DNA of 64,000 nucleotides from an uncultured bacterium (lineage in GTDB: Bacteria > Babelota > Babeliae > Babelales > Vermiphilaceae). Of this stretch, positions 42,363 through 52,568 are shown piece after piece (position 1 is the stretch's first letter; each line of letters begins with the position of its first letter). The stretch is from the NCBI GenBank assembly GCA_963713925.1, contig OY970212.1, positions 1,216,001 through 1,280,000 of the forward strand, given 5' to 3'. The notes under the pieces were generated by a model that did no database searches, had not been told where the DNA came from, and saw only the letters and a program-made list of their open reading frames with translations. The position numbers were made by a program, and so were the translations under genes.

Positions 42363-43739
42363 TTGAGTAAAATGTACAATACCTCACTGTTCATTTTTAG
42401 AAGAGATTTGAGGCTTTTTGACAATACTGCTTTAATTGCGGCATGTGTCTCATCAAAACATGTTATCCCTGCATTCATTTTTGATCCTCGTCAAATCGGC
42501 AATGAAAACGGCTTTAAAAGTTTAGCTGCCCTACAATTCATGATCCACTCTCTTCAAGAGCTTAACCGAGAGCTCGTAAAACAGAGGACGACGCTTGCCA
42601 TTTTTTATGGCAAGGCCCATGATATAGTCGCTCAACTAATACAACATGTTGCTCTTGATGCTATCTTTGTAAATAGAGATTATACTCCATTTAGCATCGC
42701 GCGTGATGCGGCAATTAAGAAAATTTGTGTCGAACACAAAAAAGAATTTATATCTCATCCTGATGCGCTTCTTAATAAACCCGAGGCAATTTTTAGTCAA
42801 TCAAAAACGCCATACACTCTTTTTACACCATTTTTTAAAAAGGCTATCACTATCCCTGTTTTGCCTGCTCAGAAATTATTGCGATCCCAGTGGTATACAA
42901 ATACAATTCCCAATGATCAAGGAATCGATTTTTGCACAAAAATTTTGGTCTCTCAACAACAATCTCTCTTGCTACAGGGCGGAAGAAAAGAAGCTCTTTC
43001 AATACTTAAAAACATTTGCTCCTTCAAAAATTATTTGCAAACACATGATTATCCCTCTCTTCCTACAACACATCTATCAGCTCATCTGAAATTTGGTACT
43101 CTATCAATCCGTGAAGTATATCATACGTTTATCAAAGAATTGGGTTACGAACATCCCCTCATTCGTCAATTATATTGGCGAGATTTTTTTTATCATGTGG
43201 CTTACCACTCTCCCTTTGTTTTTGGCCATGCGTTTCAAAAAAAATATGACTCATTAGCATGGAAAAATAATGAAGATGATTTTCGAAAATGGTGCGATGG
43301 GCTGACAGGTTTTCCGATCGTTGACGCTGGAATGAGAGAACTCAATAAAACAGGGTTTATGCACAACAGAGTTCGTATGATAGTCGCATCATTTCTAACC
43401 AAAGATCTTCACATCGATTGGCGGTGGGGTGAGCGTTATTTTGCACAAAAATTAATAGACTACGACCCAGCGGTTAACAATGGAAATTGGCAGTGGGCTG
43501 CATCAACAGGATCCGATGCTCAACCTTATTTTCGTATTTTTAACCCTTGGCTACAACAAAAAAAATTCGATGCTCATTGCGTATACATTAAAAAGTGGCT
43601 ACCCGAGTTAAGCCATTTAACTCCAAAACAGATTCATAGGCTTGAGAAAAAAGAGATAAAAGGACTTAAATATCCACGGCCAATGATTGATCATGCTAAA
43701 GAAAGTACCCTGGCAAAGCGAATGTATAAACGATCATAA
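42363..43739 (+). CDS. phrB: Deoxyribodipyrimidine photolyase (class I CPD)
   Basis: FRRDLRLFDN, LS.HLKFG.LS.R, QLYWRDF, GFMHNRVRM, NNGNWQW and FRIFNP. Confidence 0.95.
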   Translation: MSKMYNTSLFIFRRDLRLFDNTALIAACVSSKHVIPAFIFDPRQIGNENGFKSLAALQFMIHSLQELNRELVKQRTTLAIFYGKAHDIVAQLIQHVALDAIFVNRDYTPFSIARDAAIKKICVEHKKEFISHPDALLNKPEAIFSQSKTPYTLFTPFFKKAITIPVLPAQKLLRSQWYTNTIPNDQGIDFCTKILVSQQQSLLLQGGRKEALSILKNICSFKNYLQTHDYPSLPTTHLSAHLKFGTLSIREVYHTFIKELGYEHPLIRQLYWRDFFYHVAYHSPFVFGHAFQKKYDSLAWKNNEDDFRKWCDGLTGFPIVDAGMRELNKTGFMHNRVRMIVASFLTKDLHIDWRWGERYFAQKLIDYDPAVNNGNWQWAASTGSDAQPYFRIFNPWLQQKKFDAHCVYIKKWLPELSHLTPKQIHRLEKKEIKGLKYPRPMIDHAKESTLAKRMYKRS

Positions 43740-43748
43740 TAAAAAAGA

Positions 43749-44757
43749 TTATTTCGATGCGTCCTTAAACTGATTAGCAACATATTTACTCAAAGCAGAT
43801 TTAAGTTGTGGATTTTCGCTCTCAAGAGGAGTAAGCAAGCTGTCAATTCTTGTTTTTAAGTCCACATTAAACTTCTGAGGATTTGATAAAACAAGCGTGA
43901 GTAATTCAGGAGATAATTTAGTTGTCATGTTTAAATTTAAAGTATGGATCCTATCAGCTCTAGTCTTACAAGCTAGAGATGTTCCATCAGAAGATATTTT
44001 AATTGCACACGGTATACCCCTCTGAACAAGTTCAACAGAATTTACTTTCTGTTTTTTCTTAAGATCGAATAACACCAAGCTCGCTATGAATTCTTTTTTA
44101 AAGACATTCTTTAGCGGTCATTGCAAAATTCTGATGCTTTTCAGGTTTGACAAACAGACAAGACATAACATCAATTAACGTCCTATTGTCGATGATAAAA
44201 TAAACAGAAGATATATAGGCAGGATGCGATCCCTTTTTAATTATAAAGTGATAATTATTTCCGAATATCTCCCTGCATGCCTTCATTTTTTTCAGAAAAG
44301 AAAATGCCTCTTGTTCATTCATGGGAAGAGCTGTCTTTATCAACGGCTTCGCGTTATTGGTTCTCATGACTTTGACCAACCCTAATGCCTCTGCAACATA
44401 TTTTTTATAATTCGATCTTATTTCAACAGCATTTTTAACTGTTACGTCTGAATTGAGTTCAAAATCGATGTCGGAAAATGATCTTCGAGCAATGATATTT
44501 AACAAAAGTTGTAACTCACTGCTTTGCTTTTCACATCTCTTAAAATAGGTGCCAGAGGACCGAGAATCGTCCGTCAAATCAACCGGAATCATTTGAGTAG
44601 TAAAGCGGTACGAACACTCAGTAGACGGACTGAGTTCAAGTGTTTCTGCTTGATAGTAACTTCCCGCATTTGCCAAAACAATCGACATCTCTTGGCTTGC
44701 CCCGATCGAAAGAGTAAAGACGAATAGATTGCATAGGATGCATTTTATAATATTCAT
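43749..44757 (-). pseudogene. Secreted hypothetical protein apparently split by a +1 frameshift (ORFs 44098-44757 and 43749-44078)
   Basis: The downstream ORF lacks an ATG and RBS, and its frame is open through the CTT-TAA stop of the upstream ORF. Confidence 0.45.
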
Positions 44758-44786
44758 GGTGATGTATTGAAATGGTAGTGTAAACC

Positions 44787-45311
44787 TTATAAAACTTCGA
44801 AATCTTTATACAGCATACTTGGCTGCACACCTAAGTTGTTTTGGTATTTATTACTCGAATACAAATTGTAATCGCCTTCAATGGTGTGATAGAAGATCTG
44901 ACAAATTTCAACTTCGGGATACACACGAATCGGTTGAACACAGAAAATTTCGAGCGTCCAAAATCCGCTGAATCCAACATCGCCAAATCCTGCAGTTATA
45001 TGAATGAACAATCCGAGCCGTCCGATGGATGATCGCCCTTCCAACATAGGCACACATGAAAGCGTCTTCGTGTATTCCATCGTGCGTCCCAGATAAAGTT
45101 TCCCGGGCTCAAGCTCCAGACCTTCTGCTGGAATGATAATTTTTTCAACCTCATTTTTTTTCTTCATATCCAAGACAGGATCCGAGTAAACCAACAACTC
45201 ATTATGTAGTCGAAGATTGTAACTGTTAGGACCAAGCTGTTTTTCGTTAAATGGTTCAATAACAATATCAGAACCCAAACGCCTTTTGATCTCTTTTCCT
45301 GATAAAATCAT
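44787..45311 (-). CDS. dcd: dCTP deaminase
   Basis: MILSG, PNSYNLRL, EGRSSIGRLGL and AGFGDVGF.G.WTLE. Confidence 0.93.
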   Translation of the reverse strand: MILSGKEIKRRLGSDIVIEPFNEKQLGPNSYNLRLHNELLVYSDPVLDMKKKNEVEKIIIPAEGLELEPGKLYLGRTMEYTKTLSCVPMLEGRSSIGRLGLFIHITAGFGDVGFSGFWTLEIFCVQPIRVYPEVEICQIFYHTIEGDYNLYSSNKYQNNLGVQPSMLYKDFEVL

Positions 45312-45426
45312 CGTTTCTCCGCTCACTCGGTTCAAAGATTGTAAGATTGTAACAACCTGTTAAAATTACGGTATCATAAATTATTGCAGAAAACAAAAAT
45401 GCATCAAATATGTATGAGGTAGTAAC

Positions 45427-46428
45427 ATGGAACGTCATGCCCAAGGCACACAGTTTGAAACTTTACATATCGAGCATATCAAAGAAGAAGCACAAAAAAT
45501 TGCTCAAGTCATCGATCAAGTAAGCAAAGTTGTTATTGGTCAGACAAAAGCGATAGAAAGCATGGTTCTTGCTCTTTTGTGCAATGGCCATATTTTGCTT
45601 GAAGGTGTCCCCGGCGTTGCAAAGACAACTATGATCAAATCTATCGCACAAGCATTGGGACTCAAATTCACTCGCATACAATTCACGCCCGATCTCATGC
45701 CAGCCGATGTCATCGGAACTATGATCTACAACGCAAAAACGCACGAATTTGAAACACGCAAAGGTCCTATCTTTGCAAATCTCATTCTCGCTGACGAAAT
45801 TAACCGCGCGCCCGCAAAAGTGCAATCTGCGCTGCTTGAAGCAATGCAAGAACAGCAAGTGACTATTGGTTCAACTTCATATCATCTCGATAAACCTTTC
45901 TTTGTGTTTGCAACACAAAACCCGATAGAACAAGAGGGCACCTATCGCTTGCCTGAAGCTCAAGTTGATCGTTTCATGTTTAAAATCTCTGTGAACTATC
46001 CTTCACGAGAACATGAGCGACAAATGATTCTCTCAAAGCAACTCAAGCCCACTATTACCCCCGTTATATCCGGGGCTGAACTCAACAGTATGCAAGGCAT
46101 CGTCGAAAGCGTGTATTGTGATCCTAAAATTTTGGATTACATTTTATCTTTGGTGTTTGCAACGCGTGATCCTGAAAGTTATAACCTCAAAATTTTGAAA
46201 AGCTACATCACCTCAGGCGCATCTCCTCGAGCCACCATTGCATTAGTGCACGCCTCAAAAGCATATGCTTTTTTAAAACAGCGACATTATATTATTCCCG
46301 ATGATGTGAAAGCAGTGGCGTATGATATTTTGTGCCACAGAATTAGTCTGAGCTATGGAGCGGAATCAGAAAACATTCAGGCATTCCATATCATACAAAA
46401 AATTATAAATACGATTCCTACGCCGTAA
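45427..46428 (+). CDS. moxR: MoxR-family AAA+ ATPase
   Basis: LEGVPGVAKT, RIQFTPDL, DEINRAP, ATQNPIEQEGTY and GASPRA. Confidence 0.95.
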   Translation: MERHAQGTQFETLHIEHIKEEAQKIAQVIDQVSKVVIGQTKAIESMVLALLCNGHILLEGVPGVAKTTMIKSIAQALGLKFTRIQFTPDLMPADVIGTMIYNAKTHEFETRKGPIFANLILADEINRAPAKVQSALLEAMQEQQVTIGSTSYHLDKPFFVFATQNPIEQEGTYRLPEAQVDRFMFKISVNYPSREHERQMILSKQLKPTITPVISGAELNSMQGIVESVYCDPKILDYILSLVFATRDPESYNLKILKSYITSGASPRATIALVHASKAYAFLKQRHYIIPDDVKAVAYDILCHRISLSYGAESENIQAFHIIQKIINTIPTP

Positions 46429-46664
46429 TGTTGACTATTGATACGCGCATGGCAAAAGACCGGCTTGACAAAAAAATCATTCGATGGTTATTGTGTGAGA
46501 TAAGCAAAAGTGAAGCAGTGCTTGAATATGATAAGTTATCCCACACGACCGCTAACACTCCGCATGAGGACCTTTACAACGGGTTCCCTATGAACGTAGG
46601 CCCCAAACGAACCATGGGTAAAAGTGTTGCGGAATATGGGTATAAATAAAAGGGATCAAAGAGT

Positions 46665-47774
46665 ATGAGACATCCATTTTGGATTTTGAATTCAGTGCTC
46701 GTTTTTTTGATCGCCCTGTTGGCCGGCTACCTCTATCTGAGCTATCAAACTCCTCTAGAGCGCACAGAAATAGAAGCTGCGCCGGTTCGTCCTGTATCTA
46801 AAAAAAGTGAACAAAAAATAATCATCGAACGTATTTACGAAAATGATATTTTCGGCACAACGCCGCGCAAAGTGATCAAAGAAGAATCCGCTGCCGAACT
46901 CGTACAAAAAATGCCCGAACCACCACGTCCCGTGAAAGAGGAAGCTCCTCCGGAGGCAGAAGTCACTTTTCTTGATCCATTACCTATAAAATTAAGGGGG
47001 ATCATGACTTTTGCTCTTGATGACTCGAAAAATAGAGCCGTTATTGAAGCGAGCGCAGGCAATGAGGCATTATTCCGCGTTGGCGATATGATTGAAGATG
47101 CCCAATTGCTCAGAATTTTTGCAAATAAAATTATCATCATCCGCTCAAACGGTCAGCAAGAAGTTCTCTACCTGAGAGAAAAAGATGCATTGCTCGATCC
47201 AACATACGCAAACGCGCTCGGCTGGAACGATGTCGTGAAACAAATTTCACCTTCTGAGTTTTCAATTAATGTATCAGCATTTACGACTCGAGTAACAAAT
47301 ATCAGTCAGCTCCTTGATATGCTTGATATCACGACCATTTACCAAAAAGGTGAAAACTTTGGCTGCCGCATCGGATCTATTGATGAACATTCTCTGGGTG
47401 CTTCGCTTGGGTTTATCAGGGGAGATATTATTACATCAGTCAACGATATTCCCGCTACAAGCACCGCGCAACGATTCAAGATCTACAAAACCGTTGTCGG
47501 GCTAAACCCTGAAGAAAAAATTGTCATGAAGTTCTTGCGCAGATCACAAGGAAGCTGGAAAGAAATGGAATTCACGTACACATTGCAAGAAGTGCGCAAA
47601 AAAGCACAAAAACCAAGAACATTTGAACCAACAGAAAACGAAAAGAAACAACGAGAGATCGTTGCAAAAAAACATACCTTAGCTCCAACCATTTCTGATA
47701 TTCGAAATAGAGAACGTCAGAACATGAAAGAACAAGGGAAAAAACCAACCTCATTAATCACTCCTCAGTCATGA
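46665..47774 (+). CDS. gspC: GspC-like protein (TM, HR domain, PDZ)
   Basis: N-terminal TM, L.G..A.I..VGD.I HR motif and GDIITSVN PDZ motif. Confidence 0.7.
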   Translation: MRHPFWILNSVLVFLIALLAGYLYLSYQTPLERTEIEAAPVRPVSKKSEQKIIIERIYENDIFGTTPRKVIKEESAAELVQKMPEPPRPVKEEAPPEAEVTFLDPLPIKLRGIMTFALDDSKNRAVIEASAGNEALFRVGDMIEDAQLLRIFANKIIIIRSNGQQEVLYLREKDALLDPTYANALGWNDVVKQISPSEFSINVSAFTTRVTNISQLLDMLDITTIYQKGENFGCRIGSIDEHSLGASLGFIRGDIITSVNDIPATSTAQRFKIYKTVVGLNPEEKIVMKFLRRSQGSWKEMEFTYTLQEVRKKAQKPRTFEPTENEKKQREIVAKKHTLAPTISDIRNRERQNMKEQGKKPTSLITPQS

Positions 47775-47781
47775 GAACAGT

Positions 47782-50373
47782 ATGAAAAAAAAGAATATAC
47801 CATACATCACCGGCGTTCTGCTCGCGCTGAGTTGTTTTATGACTCTCAGCACATGGCCGCATAATAAACGCGCTCGCGCCCGAAATGTTATCATGGCTTC
47901 AGCAGAAGATGCGGTAGCGCAGGTTGAACATGATGTCGCTACCCATGTTGAAGTGGTCGACCTGGCTGCAGATACTCAGGTAACTGAGCAACGGAAAAAA
48001 GAAGATCAAAAGATCGTCGATCTTGATAATAAAAATGAACCGATTGCAAAAGCGCGCGAGGAAAGTGCTGATGAATTTAAAGCAATTGAACCTCAAGAAA
48101 ATCCTCAACTGAAAGAATCTGTTGATTTCGAAGATCTTGAACGTGAAAATGCCGAATCTCAAGAAGATTTAATAGAATTCAATTTTGAAAACGCAAGTTT
48201 GGAACAGCTTATTTCATATGTTGCGGATGTTTTTGATTATCAATTCATCACTCCCGATGCTGTTGATCCGGTGGCCAAAGATGAGAAAAAAATTAAAGGA
48301 AACTTGATATCATTCAAAACGCAAAAGCCTCTCTCCAAGCCTGAAGTATGGAACCTCTTTCTCACGTTCATTGATATGTCCGGCTTTGCCGTTGTGCCTT
48401 TTAATGATGAACCGAAAATTTTCAGAATTGTCACAAAAGATCCCGGAGCAGGACCTATCACTCGCGCACCAGTTCCTACCTTTATCGGCGTTGACCCAAC
48501 AGAAATTCCAACAGCCGTTGCTTCAAGCGATCAAGTGATCCGTTACATCTATTTTATTAAAAATAGCACCACTGACGCATTTATCGGAGGCACCGGTAAT
48601 CCGCGCATCTTAGATCAAATTAAAAGTCCCCAATCAACGATTTTAGCTCTCAAAGAGCATAACGCGCTTCTTATTATCGATAAAGCGTTCAACATTTTCA
48701 ATTTGATGAAGATCGTCAAAGAGCTTGATAAGGTGAGCTTGCCGCAAGCGATGTCCGTATTGAAACTTCGCAAAGCTGATGCTATTGAGGTTAAAAATCT
48801 GTATGAAAGCTTGATCAAACCGGACGAAAAAACCCCCATGCCTAATCGGTTGTTACAACGCAAACAACCGACTGCTGCCTATTTTCCTGAAAATGTAAAA
48901 ATTATTGCTGAACCCCGTACCAATTCTCTTATCTTGCTTGGTCCAATCGATACCATTAAAAAGATTGAAGATTTTATTGTGGAACACGTAGACGTTTCTA
49001 TGGAGAAGCCCTTTTCTCCGCTGTATGTCTACGATGTAAAATATGCGAATGCTGAAACAATTGCTCGCATCATGAATGAGACTACTAAATTTGGAGAAAC
49101 CTGGGATGAAGCCTCAAAAACGGCTCGTGCCGTGGGGGCTGTTCGCGGAGGCATTGATCAATATTTCAAACCGATGCGCTTTGTAGCCGAGATGGCAACT
49201 AATAGAATTATTATCAAGGGAAACTATGATGATTATATTAAGGCCGTTGACATTATTAAGCAACTTGATGAACCGCAACCGCAAGTTGCCGTTGAAATTT
49301 TAGTGATACAACTGAGCTTGGAAGAACTCAAAATTTTAGGGACTCAAATGAGATCCAAAGAGCCGTGTGGAACGAATGGAATTTTCGGAAAAAACATTAC
49401 GTATCAAACATCCGGAAGCTTCACCGGATCCAGCAACACAGCTCAAGGATTACAATTGCAGACTCCAAGTAGTACCGGCACGAGCTCTCCTGCCGGCGCC
49501 ACACAACTGCTGGGTAACTTGCTCAACTTGGTGACTACTGCCGGAGCCGGAAATACCGTTGTTTCTTTGGGCGATGCTTTGGGAGCGTGGGCAGTCATTC
49601 AAGCGCTTGAAAGCCTCACTTCGACACAATTGGTCGCTAACCCTTTCTTAATTGCGACTAATAAAACAAAATCAAAAGTATCGGTCACTACGATTGAACG
49701 TGTGATTGACTCACAAATCTTACAAACCGGTAGCAGTACTTCAAACACCTTCAAGGACGAAGAAGCAGGGCTTAATGTGTACGTTGAACCTCAAATTTCT
49801 TCCGATGGTATGATTACTCTGAACATAGCCGTAGAATCATCCCAATTCGTGGGTGCTGTTTTTAACCCTGCCTTTGTGCAAAAAATCGTTCGGGGCCTGC
49901 AAACAAAAACGGTTGTTGCCGACAAAGAGGTCATTGCGCTCGGAGGCATTATCCAATCAACCGCGACTGACAATGCAAACAAAGTGCCTCTTTTGGCAGA
50001 TATTCCTTTATTGGGTTGGTTTTTCAAAAATAAATCTAACGACGTTGTGCGTGATGTGCTTTTGATTTTAGTTGCAACGCAGCTCATACCTGCAGAAAAA
50101 GACAGTGAGCGTATTGAAACCTTTAACAAACGTCGCATGAATCAATATGAAGAGATTCTTGCCGATACGTATGACAATGCGGCATCGCGTGATCCGATTA
50201 ATAAGTTTTTCTTTGAAAACAACTATGGCGGTCCGCGCGAGCTTTATGAAGAATATATGTTGGATCCACGGGATCATCCGGCTCGCAGCGGCGCACGAAG
50301 AAGAAAACGTTTTGACCAAAAGCAAGAAGCAACCACTACCGCTGAAAATGAACTGAGAGGAGTTGCTTCATGA
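47782..50373 (+). CDS. gspD: Secretin GspD, copy 1
   Basis: N domains (RTNSLI), LD.PQPQV.VE and KVPLLADIPLLGWFFK. Confidence 0.9.
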   Translation: MKKKNIPYITGVLLALSCFMTLSTWPHNKRARARNVIMASAEDAVAQVEHDVATHVEVVDLAADTQVTEQRKKEDQKIVDLDNKNEPIAKAREESADEFKAIEPQENPQLKESVDFEDLERENAESQEDLIEFNFENASLEQLISYVADVFDYQFITPDAVDPVAKDEKKIKGNLISFKTQKPLSKPEVWNLFLTFIDMSGFAVVPFNDEPKIFRIVTKDPGAGPITRAPVPTFIGVDPTEIPTAVASSDQVIRYIYFIKNSTTDAFIGGTGNPRILDQIKSPQSTILALKEHNALLIIDKAFNIFNLMKIVKELDKVSLPQAMSVLKLRKADAIEVKNLYESLIKPDEKTPMPNRLLQRKQPTAAYFPENVKIIAEPRTNSLILLGPIDTIKKIEDFIVEHVDVSMEKPFSPLYVYDVKYANAETIARIMNETTKFGETWDEASKTARAVGAVRGGIDQYFKPMRFVAEMATNRIIIKGNYDDYIKAVDIIKQLDEPQPQVAVEILVIQLSLEELKILGTQMRSKEPCGTNGIFGKNITYQTSGSFTGSSNTAQGLQLQTPSSTGTSSPAGATQLLGNLLNLVTTAGAGNTVVSLGDALGAWAVIQALESLTSTQLVANPFLIATNKTKSKVSVTTIERVIDSQILQTGSSTSNTFKDEEAGLNVYVEPQISSDGMITLNIAVESSQFVGAVFNPAFVQKIVRGLQTKTVVADKEVIALGGIIQSTATDNANKVPLLADIPLLGWFFKNKSNDVVRDVLLILVATQLIPAEKDSERIETFNKRRMNQYEEILADTYDNAASRDPINKFFFENNYGGPRELYEEYMLDPRDHPARSGARRRKRFDQKQEATTTAENELRGVAS

Positions 50374-52001
50374 TTCGCGATATTTTCATCCCAAATCGTA
50401 TCGGTTCCTATTACCTCTTTCCGCAACGGATCGTCGGCATCGATATACAACCGCATGCGATCTATGCGACTGTGCTCTATTTGTATAAACGTATCATCGC
50501 TATTGAAAAGCAATTGAGTCGACCGGTTGCGGAAAACAGCGCACCAGAGCAAACAGCACAGGTGCTTAAAGAGCTCTTTGAATCGATAGGCTCATATGAT
50601 TATGTCGCGACGGTATTGCCAAGTTCATATGCGGTATTTAAAACAATCACTCTGCCTTTCACCAACAAAGAGAAGATCGGCATGGTGATTGGATACGAGC
50701 TGGAGCCCGGATTGCCCTTTGCGCTTTCCGATGCAGCAATCGGATTTATCACAACCGCTGTTGATGAACAAGAACAATCAACGGAAGTTGTTGCAGTTGC
50801 TATCAAAAAAGAGTATCTGCAAGCACATAAAACGATTTTCGAACTCGCCGGCATCACACCGGAACTTGTATCTATCGATAGCTTGGTAAATTTCGAAATA
50901 ATAAAAAGCACCGCTACGTTCAAGCAACGCAGTTCGCAACCAGTTGCGCTTATTAACATCAAAGATGCTGAGACAGAAGTAAGCTATATCTTGAATGGTG
51001 CACTGAAACTGATCCGAACACTTCCGACAGGGATGTACGATATTCTCAAGGGAGTTGCACAAAAAACAGGTTCTTCCATCGCAAAAGTAAAAACACTCAT
51101 TGATCAGTATGGAGTGCTCAATAATCCTGATCACACCTTTGATGCGGCAATTAAGGAATCATGTAATAGCTTGATTCAATCAATTGCATTCACGTGCAAT
51201 ACCTTCAGTCAACGAGTCAATTTTCCACCGATACAATCAAGCCTTCTTGTCGGTGCAGCCACGCAACTCAAGGAGATGGAAACGCTTATATCACAAAAAT
51301 TAAGCACTCCGTGCACTTCCATACCTACTGCAGAATTGATGGGCGCGCAAGATGTATCACTTAAACCATCGCAAGAGTATTTGTCCAGTTTCGCAGTTGC
51401 ACACGCCTTTGCAAATGCACGCAATGCCAATATTGCGACACAAGAATCGACTCAACGAGATTTATCACTCGTTACCAAACAAATTATAACAGTGGGCATT
51501 CTTTCCTTGCTCTTAGTAGCAACTGTTGGCGTCAGCACCTTTATGCAACTGAGACATTGGAATGCCGAATATAATAGCTCATTGGAGCAAGCTATTCAAG
51601 AACTCAAATCAATTCCGGGCGCAACCGCAGCCCCTGGGCAGGAGGAAGAGGGTGAAGCTCCTTCAGAATCCCTTGAATCATACATTGCACGAGCTAAAAC
51701 ACTGGTTGCGCAACGCAAAAATCTTGTCGATCAATTTTCTCCGGCTCATAAACGATCAATGCTTGAATACCTCTTGGAGCTTTCAAAATTAGATAGAGAC
51801 GAGCTTGGTCTGAACATGGAGCGATTAACGCTTACTCCACAAAAAATGGTTATCAAGGGGCGTGTCAAAGGACCTAATGAAATTGCCATAGTAAGAAACG
51901 TAATTGAAGGTTCTCATTTGTTTGGACAATATACTCCATCACATGGTCTTTCAAATCCTGAATTTAGTGCGACCATCACTCTAACATCAAAGAGGCCATA
52001 G
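50370..52001 (+). CDS. GspL/PilM-PilN-like protein
   Basis: Actin-like N-terminus (VGIDI, LPF), one TM helix and a periplasmic tail. Confidence 0.75.
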   Translation: MIRDIFIPNRIGSYYLFPQRIVGIDIQPHAIYATVLYLYKRIIAIEKQLSRPVAENSAPEQTAQVLKELFESIGSYDYVATVLPSSYAVFKTITLPFTNKEKIGMVIGYELEPGLPFALSDAAIGFITTAVDEQEQSTEVVAVAIKKEYLQAHKTIFELAGITPELVSIDSLVNFEIIKSTATFKQRSSQPVALINIKDAETEVSYILNGALKLIRTLPTGMYDILKGVAQKTGSSIAKVKTLIDQYGVLNNPDHTFDAAIKESCNSLIQSIAFTCNTFSQRVNFPPIQSSLLVGAATQLKEMETLISQKLSTPCTSIPTAELMGAQDVSLKPSQEYLSSFAVAHAFANARNANIATQESTQRDLSLVTKQIITVGILSLLLVATVGVSTFMQLRHWNAEYNSSLEQAIQELKSIPGATAAPGQEEEGEAPSESLESYIARAKTLVAQRKNLVDQFSPAHKRSMLEYLLELSKLDRDELGLNMERLTLTPQKMVIKGRVKGPNEIAIVRNVIEGSHLFGQYTPSHGLSNPEFSATITLTSKRP

Positions 52002-52002
52002 C

Positions 52003-52548
52003 ATGAATATCTTTAAACGCCTCCAGGAATATTTCGATTCACTCGATTACACCGGATTTTTGAAAGTTATCGGCATATATGCCTCGATACTTACACTCAT
52101 TGTTGGTGGGCTTTTGTATTGGAAATCATATAAAATGGAAATCCTGACTGAATCTCTCGATGATTTAAATAGTAAACGAGAAGAAATCAAAAAATTGCTC
52201 ACCTCCTATAAAGCATTAGAGCAAGAGCAAAAAAATGTTGATTCAATCATTACCAAAGACCCTGATTTTAATTTGGCGGCCTATTTTGAAAATTTGTTGC
52301 AAAGTTTCAAGGTTAAGCAATCGAAAAAAGTGGCTATCATCAGTCGCGCTACCAAAGCCAACAACTATATTGAAGAAATAGCAAGTGCCGACCTGGTTGA
52401 AATAGATATGAAAACGTTAACGGAAATTATCCAAGAGCTTGACAGCAATAATAGAATCACCATTCAAAAATTGGACATTACCAAAACAATGGCCACGACC
52501 GTCAATGTCAGCATTGATGTAGCAACATTGCTCAAAAAGAGCGCATAA
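52003..52548 (+). CDS. GspM/PilO-like protein
   Basis: TM helix, coiled coil and ferredoxin-like tail; operon position. Confidence 0.6.
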   Translation: MNIFKRLQEYFDSLDYTGFLKVIGIYASILTLIVGGLLYWKSYKMEILTESLDDLNSKREEIKKLLTSYKALEQEQKNVDSIITKDPDFNLAAYFENLLQSFKVKQSKKVAIISRATKANNYIEEIASADLVEIDMKTLTEIIQELDSNNRITIQKLDITKTMATTVNVSIDVATLLKKSA

Positions 52549-52568
52549 AAAACTAAGGAATTATACTT

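Noticed and set aside
46428..46649. 73-aa ORF between moxR and gspC
   Set aside because: It overlaps a probable promoter region (TTGACA) and a family C hairpin, with no protein features.
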